Shown piece after piece: positions 61,697-64,000 of a DNA stretch of 64,000 bases; the first letter of the stretch is position 1; each line of letters opens with the position of its first letter. The DNA comes from an uncultured Chloroflexia bacterium (lineage in GTDB: Bacteria; Chloroflexota; Limnocylindria; Limnocylindrales; CSP1-4), in NCBI GenBank assembly GCA_963707215.1, contig CAVPPB010000004.1, forward strand, positions 1 to 64,000. Reading direction: 5' to 3'. The notes under the pieces were generated by a model. It saw only the letters and a program-made list of their open reading frames with translations. It was not told the DNA's origin and did not search any database. The translations under genes and the position numbers were made by a program.

Positions 61697-62962
61697 TCAG
61701 GTCAGATAGCGGAACCAGACATAGACGCTGCTCAAGGCGAGTGACAGCACCGTCACCGGGATACCGTACCGCACGAACATCCGGAAGCTGATCGGGTGCC
61801 CGGCTCGGCTCGCCATCCCCGAGGCTACGACATTCGCCGAGGCGCCCACGATGGTCGCATTGCCGCCGAGGCAGGCCCCCAGGGCCAGTGCCCACCAGAG
61901 CGGCTCGATCGGGATGCCGGCGTCCCCGAGCTCGAAGACGACCGGGATCATCGTCGCCGTGTAGGGGATGTTGTCGATGATCGCGGAGGCGACACCCGAG
62001 AACCAGAGCAGGCCGATCGTGGTCAGAGCCGGGTCGCCACCGGTCAGCTCGAGGAGTGTGTCTGCGATCTGCGCGACGATGCCGGCAGCGACGATGCCCT
62101 CGACGACGATGAACAGGCCCACGAAGAACGCGATCGTCGGCCACTCCACCTCGTCGAGTGCGGCATGGATGTCGCGCCGGGTCACCAGCAGGAGGATCGT
62201 GGCGCCGGCCAGGGCGATCGTGGCCGGCTCGATCCCGAGCGTCCCACCGAGCAGGAAGCCGACGATCGTAAGGCCCAGCACGGCGAGGGAGCGGCGGAGC
62301 AGGTCGAAGTCGGTGATGACCTGGTCTGCATCGAGCGAAGCCAACGCCGCGTCGATGTCGGCCGTCGACCGGACCGCCGGCCGCATGACCCAGCCGAGCC
62401 AGGCCAGCGAGACGACCAGGACGACGATGGCGATCGGCGCCATGTTCAGGAGGAAGTCCACGAAATCGAGGCCGGTCGCGGCGCCGATCAGGATGTTCGG
62501 CGGATCGCCGACCAGGGTGGCGGCCCCGCCGATGTTCGACGCCAGGATCTGGCTGATCAGGAATGGCAAGGGCGACACGCCGAGGGTCGCAGCCACGAAC
62601 AGGGTCACCGGGGCGATGAGGACGACGGTCGTGACGTTGTCCAGGAACGCCGAGAGCACGGCGGTGACCAACGAGAGGACGATGAGCAACCGGACCGGAT
62701 CGCCGCCGGCCGCGTGGACCGACCGGATGGCTACCCACTGGAAGAACCCTGTCTCGCGGAGGACGCCGGCGATGACCATCATCGAGGCCAGGAGGAGGAT
62801 GACGTCGAGCTCGACGGCCGCGAAGGCCTCCTCCTGCGCCACCACGCCGAGCACGACCATCGCGACACCGCCGGCGAGGGCGGCGACCGTCCGGTCGAGC
62901 CGCTCCGTCGCGATGATCGCGTACGTGACCAGGAAGACCGCCGCCGCGATCCAGGTGTCCAC
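61697..62962 (-). CDS. ArsB/NhaD (IT superfamily) transporter
   Basis: SAFLDNVTT, SNIGGAATLVGDPPN, DNIPY, GGNATIVGASAN. Confidence 0.92.
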   Translation of the reverse strand: MDTWIAAAVFLVTYAIIATERLDRTVAALAGGVAMVVLGVVAQEEAFAAVELDVILLLASMMVIAGVLRETGFFQWVAIRSVHAAGGDPVRLLIVLSLVTAVLSAFLDNVTTVVLIAPVTLFVAATLGVSPLPFLISQILASNIGGAATLVGDPPNILIGAATGLDFVDFLLNMAPIAIVVLVVSLAWLGWVMRPAVRSTADIDAALASLDADQVITDFDLLRRSLAVLGLTIVGFLLGGTLGIEPATIALAGATILLLVTRRDIHAALDEVEWPTIAFFVGLFIVVEGIVAAGIVAQIADTLLELTGGDPALTTIGLLWFSGVASAIIDNIPYTATMIPVVFELGDAGIPIEPLWWALALGACLGGNATIVGASANVVASGMASRAGHPISFRMFVRYGIPVTVLSLALSSVYVWFRYLT

Positions 62963-62972
62963 GCCGCTCTGG

Positions 62973-63518
62973 TCAGCCGCCCGCCGACCGCGGCGCGGCC
63001 GGGGGAAGCCCCGTCGTGGCCAGGTAGGCGAGCTCTAGTCGGTCCAGGTACCCGATCGGGTGACCCTCGGCGTCGATCATGTAGACCCCGGACAGTCCGT
63101 CCTTCAGCATCCGCCGGAAGGCGGCCACGACGCTCGCGTCGGGCGGGACGACGGCCGGTGGGAGCATGGCGTCACCCGCCGTGGACGATTCGAGGTGATG
63201 TCCGAATCGGGCCACGTCGTCGACCGATGCCAGGTCGGACATCAGGGCCTCCGGGATCGTGTTCGCGAGGACGTCCTCGACGAGGTCCCTGATGCGGATG
63301 ACGCCGACCATCACCCCGGCGTCGTCGACCACCCCGATCAGCCTGGTGGACGGCTGGCGGGCGGCCCGGCGAAGGACATCCAGGAGATCGTCGCCGACAT
63401 GGACGACCAGGGGCTCGATGTTGAGCAGCTGCACGCAGTCGGCCACCCGGGCCGATCGGTCGAGCCTGGCCTCGGCGTGGTCGGCATGCTCCGCGTGCTC
63501 GGGGGCGTCGTTCGTCAC
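62973..63518 (-). CDS. CBS-pair domain protein
   Basis: IGVVDDAGVMVGVIRIRDL and YMIDAEGHPIGYLDRLEL, two CBS repeats. Confidence 0.8.
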   Translation of the reverse strand: MTNDAPEHAEHADHAEARLDRSARVADCVQLLNIEPLVVHVGDDLLDVLRRAARQPSTRLIGVVDDAGVMVGVIRIRDLVEDVLANTIPEALMSDLASVDDVARFGHHLESSTAGDAMLPPAVVPPDASVVAAFRRMLKDGLSGVYMIDAEGHPIGYLDRLELAYLATTGLPPAAPRSAGG

Positions 63519-63679
63519 GGGTCCCGTCCTCCCGACGTGGGCCGCCCGGAACGAACCAGCGCAAGGGCGTGCCCGCCCACGAGTCTAGCCTCGGAGGGCA
63601 GGCTGTCGCGGCCCGGATCCGAAGACGATCGCAGCGACCGCCTTGGCCCCGCGCTCGGGCGTATCTGCCCGAGGCGGCG

Positions 63680-64000
63680 TCACCATTCGGCTCGAGCCTG
63701 CCGGATGTTGATGCTCTGGATCACCCCAAGCGCGATGGCGATGCTGATCAGCGATGCGCCTCCGTGGGTCACGAAGGGCAGCGGGATACCGGTGATCGGC
63801 ATGATCCCGACGACCATCCCGACGTTGACGATCAACTGGAAGAGCAGCATCGATGCGACGCCGCTCGCGAAGAGGACGCCGAACGGATCCCGGGCTCGCC
63901 AGGCCGTCAGCAGGATGCGCCAGAGCAGGAGGACGAACAGGACGAACAGGACGATGCCGCCGACCAGACCCAGCTCCTCGGCCAGGATCGCGAACACGAA
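63680..64000 (-). CDS. rodA: RodA/FtsW SEDS protein, C-terminal part
   Basis: FAILAEELGLVG, NVGMVVGIMPITGIPLPFVTHGGAS; 5' part lies outside the window, and rodA versus ftsW cannot be resolved. Confidence 0.8.
   Translation of the reverse strand, partial: FVFAILAEELGLVGGIVLFVLFVLLLWRILLTAWRARDPFGVLFASGVASMLLFQLIVNVGMVVGIMPITGIPLPFVTHGGASLISIAIALGVIQSINIRQARAEW

Noticed and set aside
59688-61709. 673-aa J-domain protein
   Set aside because: After about 80 aa the frame becomes the antisense shadow of the CPA2 gene.

Overview
High-GC bacterial chromosome segment, most likely from a monoderm Chloroflexota-type organism (inferred from protein style, an AtpA insertion and the absence of outer-membrane Tad components). 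Many 1-2 bp indels split genes, clustered at about 6.5-13.5 kb and 28-31 kb, and look like long-read consensus errors. Layout: (1) 1-12.1 kb, a surface-glycan cluster with a glycosyltransferase, an N-acetyl-sugar amidotransferase plus HisH/HisF paralogues, a Wzx flippase, an epimerase, a GT4, a methyltransferase, an initiating sugar transferase, a PglF/CapD-like dehydratase and a DegT-type aminotransferase. (2) 12.2-20.9 kb, six consecutive polytopic membrane glycosyltransferases (O-antigen-ligase-like, three GT87/DUF2029-like, two GT39/ArnT-like). (3) 20.9-33 kb, a soluble DegS-like kinase, a NarL/DegU-like regulator with a tandem GPDRR N-terminal motif, a second HisKA_3 protein lacking the ATPase boxes, four Flp pilins (two with identical mature sequence in a 199-bp direct repeat), cpaB-cpaE-tadA-tadB-tadC, DUF192, comF and hpf. 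(4) 33-38 kb, ArsR/DUF2087, nfo, another GT39-like gene and an XRE regulator. (5) 37-58 kb, a long minus-strand housekeeping run (rplU-rpmA-rpmE-DUF1385-prfA-prmC-HAD-glyA-WecA/MraY-like-atp operon-murA-mreB-PHP-flippase-like). (6) 58-64 kb, an AI-2E permease, a J-domain protein, a CBS/ion-transporter cassette and the end of rodA/ftsW. The best candidate for an undescribed system is a regulated, possibly glycosylated Tad/Flp pilus and competence locus. No rRNA, tRNA, CRISPR array or mobile element was recognised.
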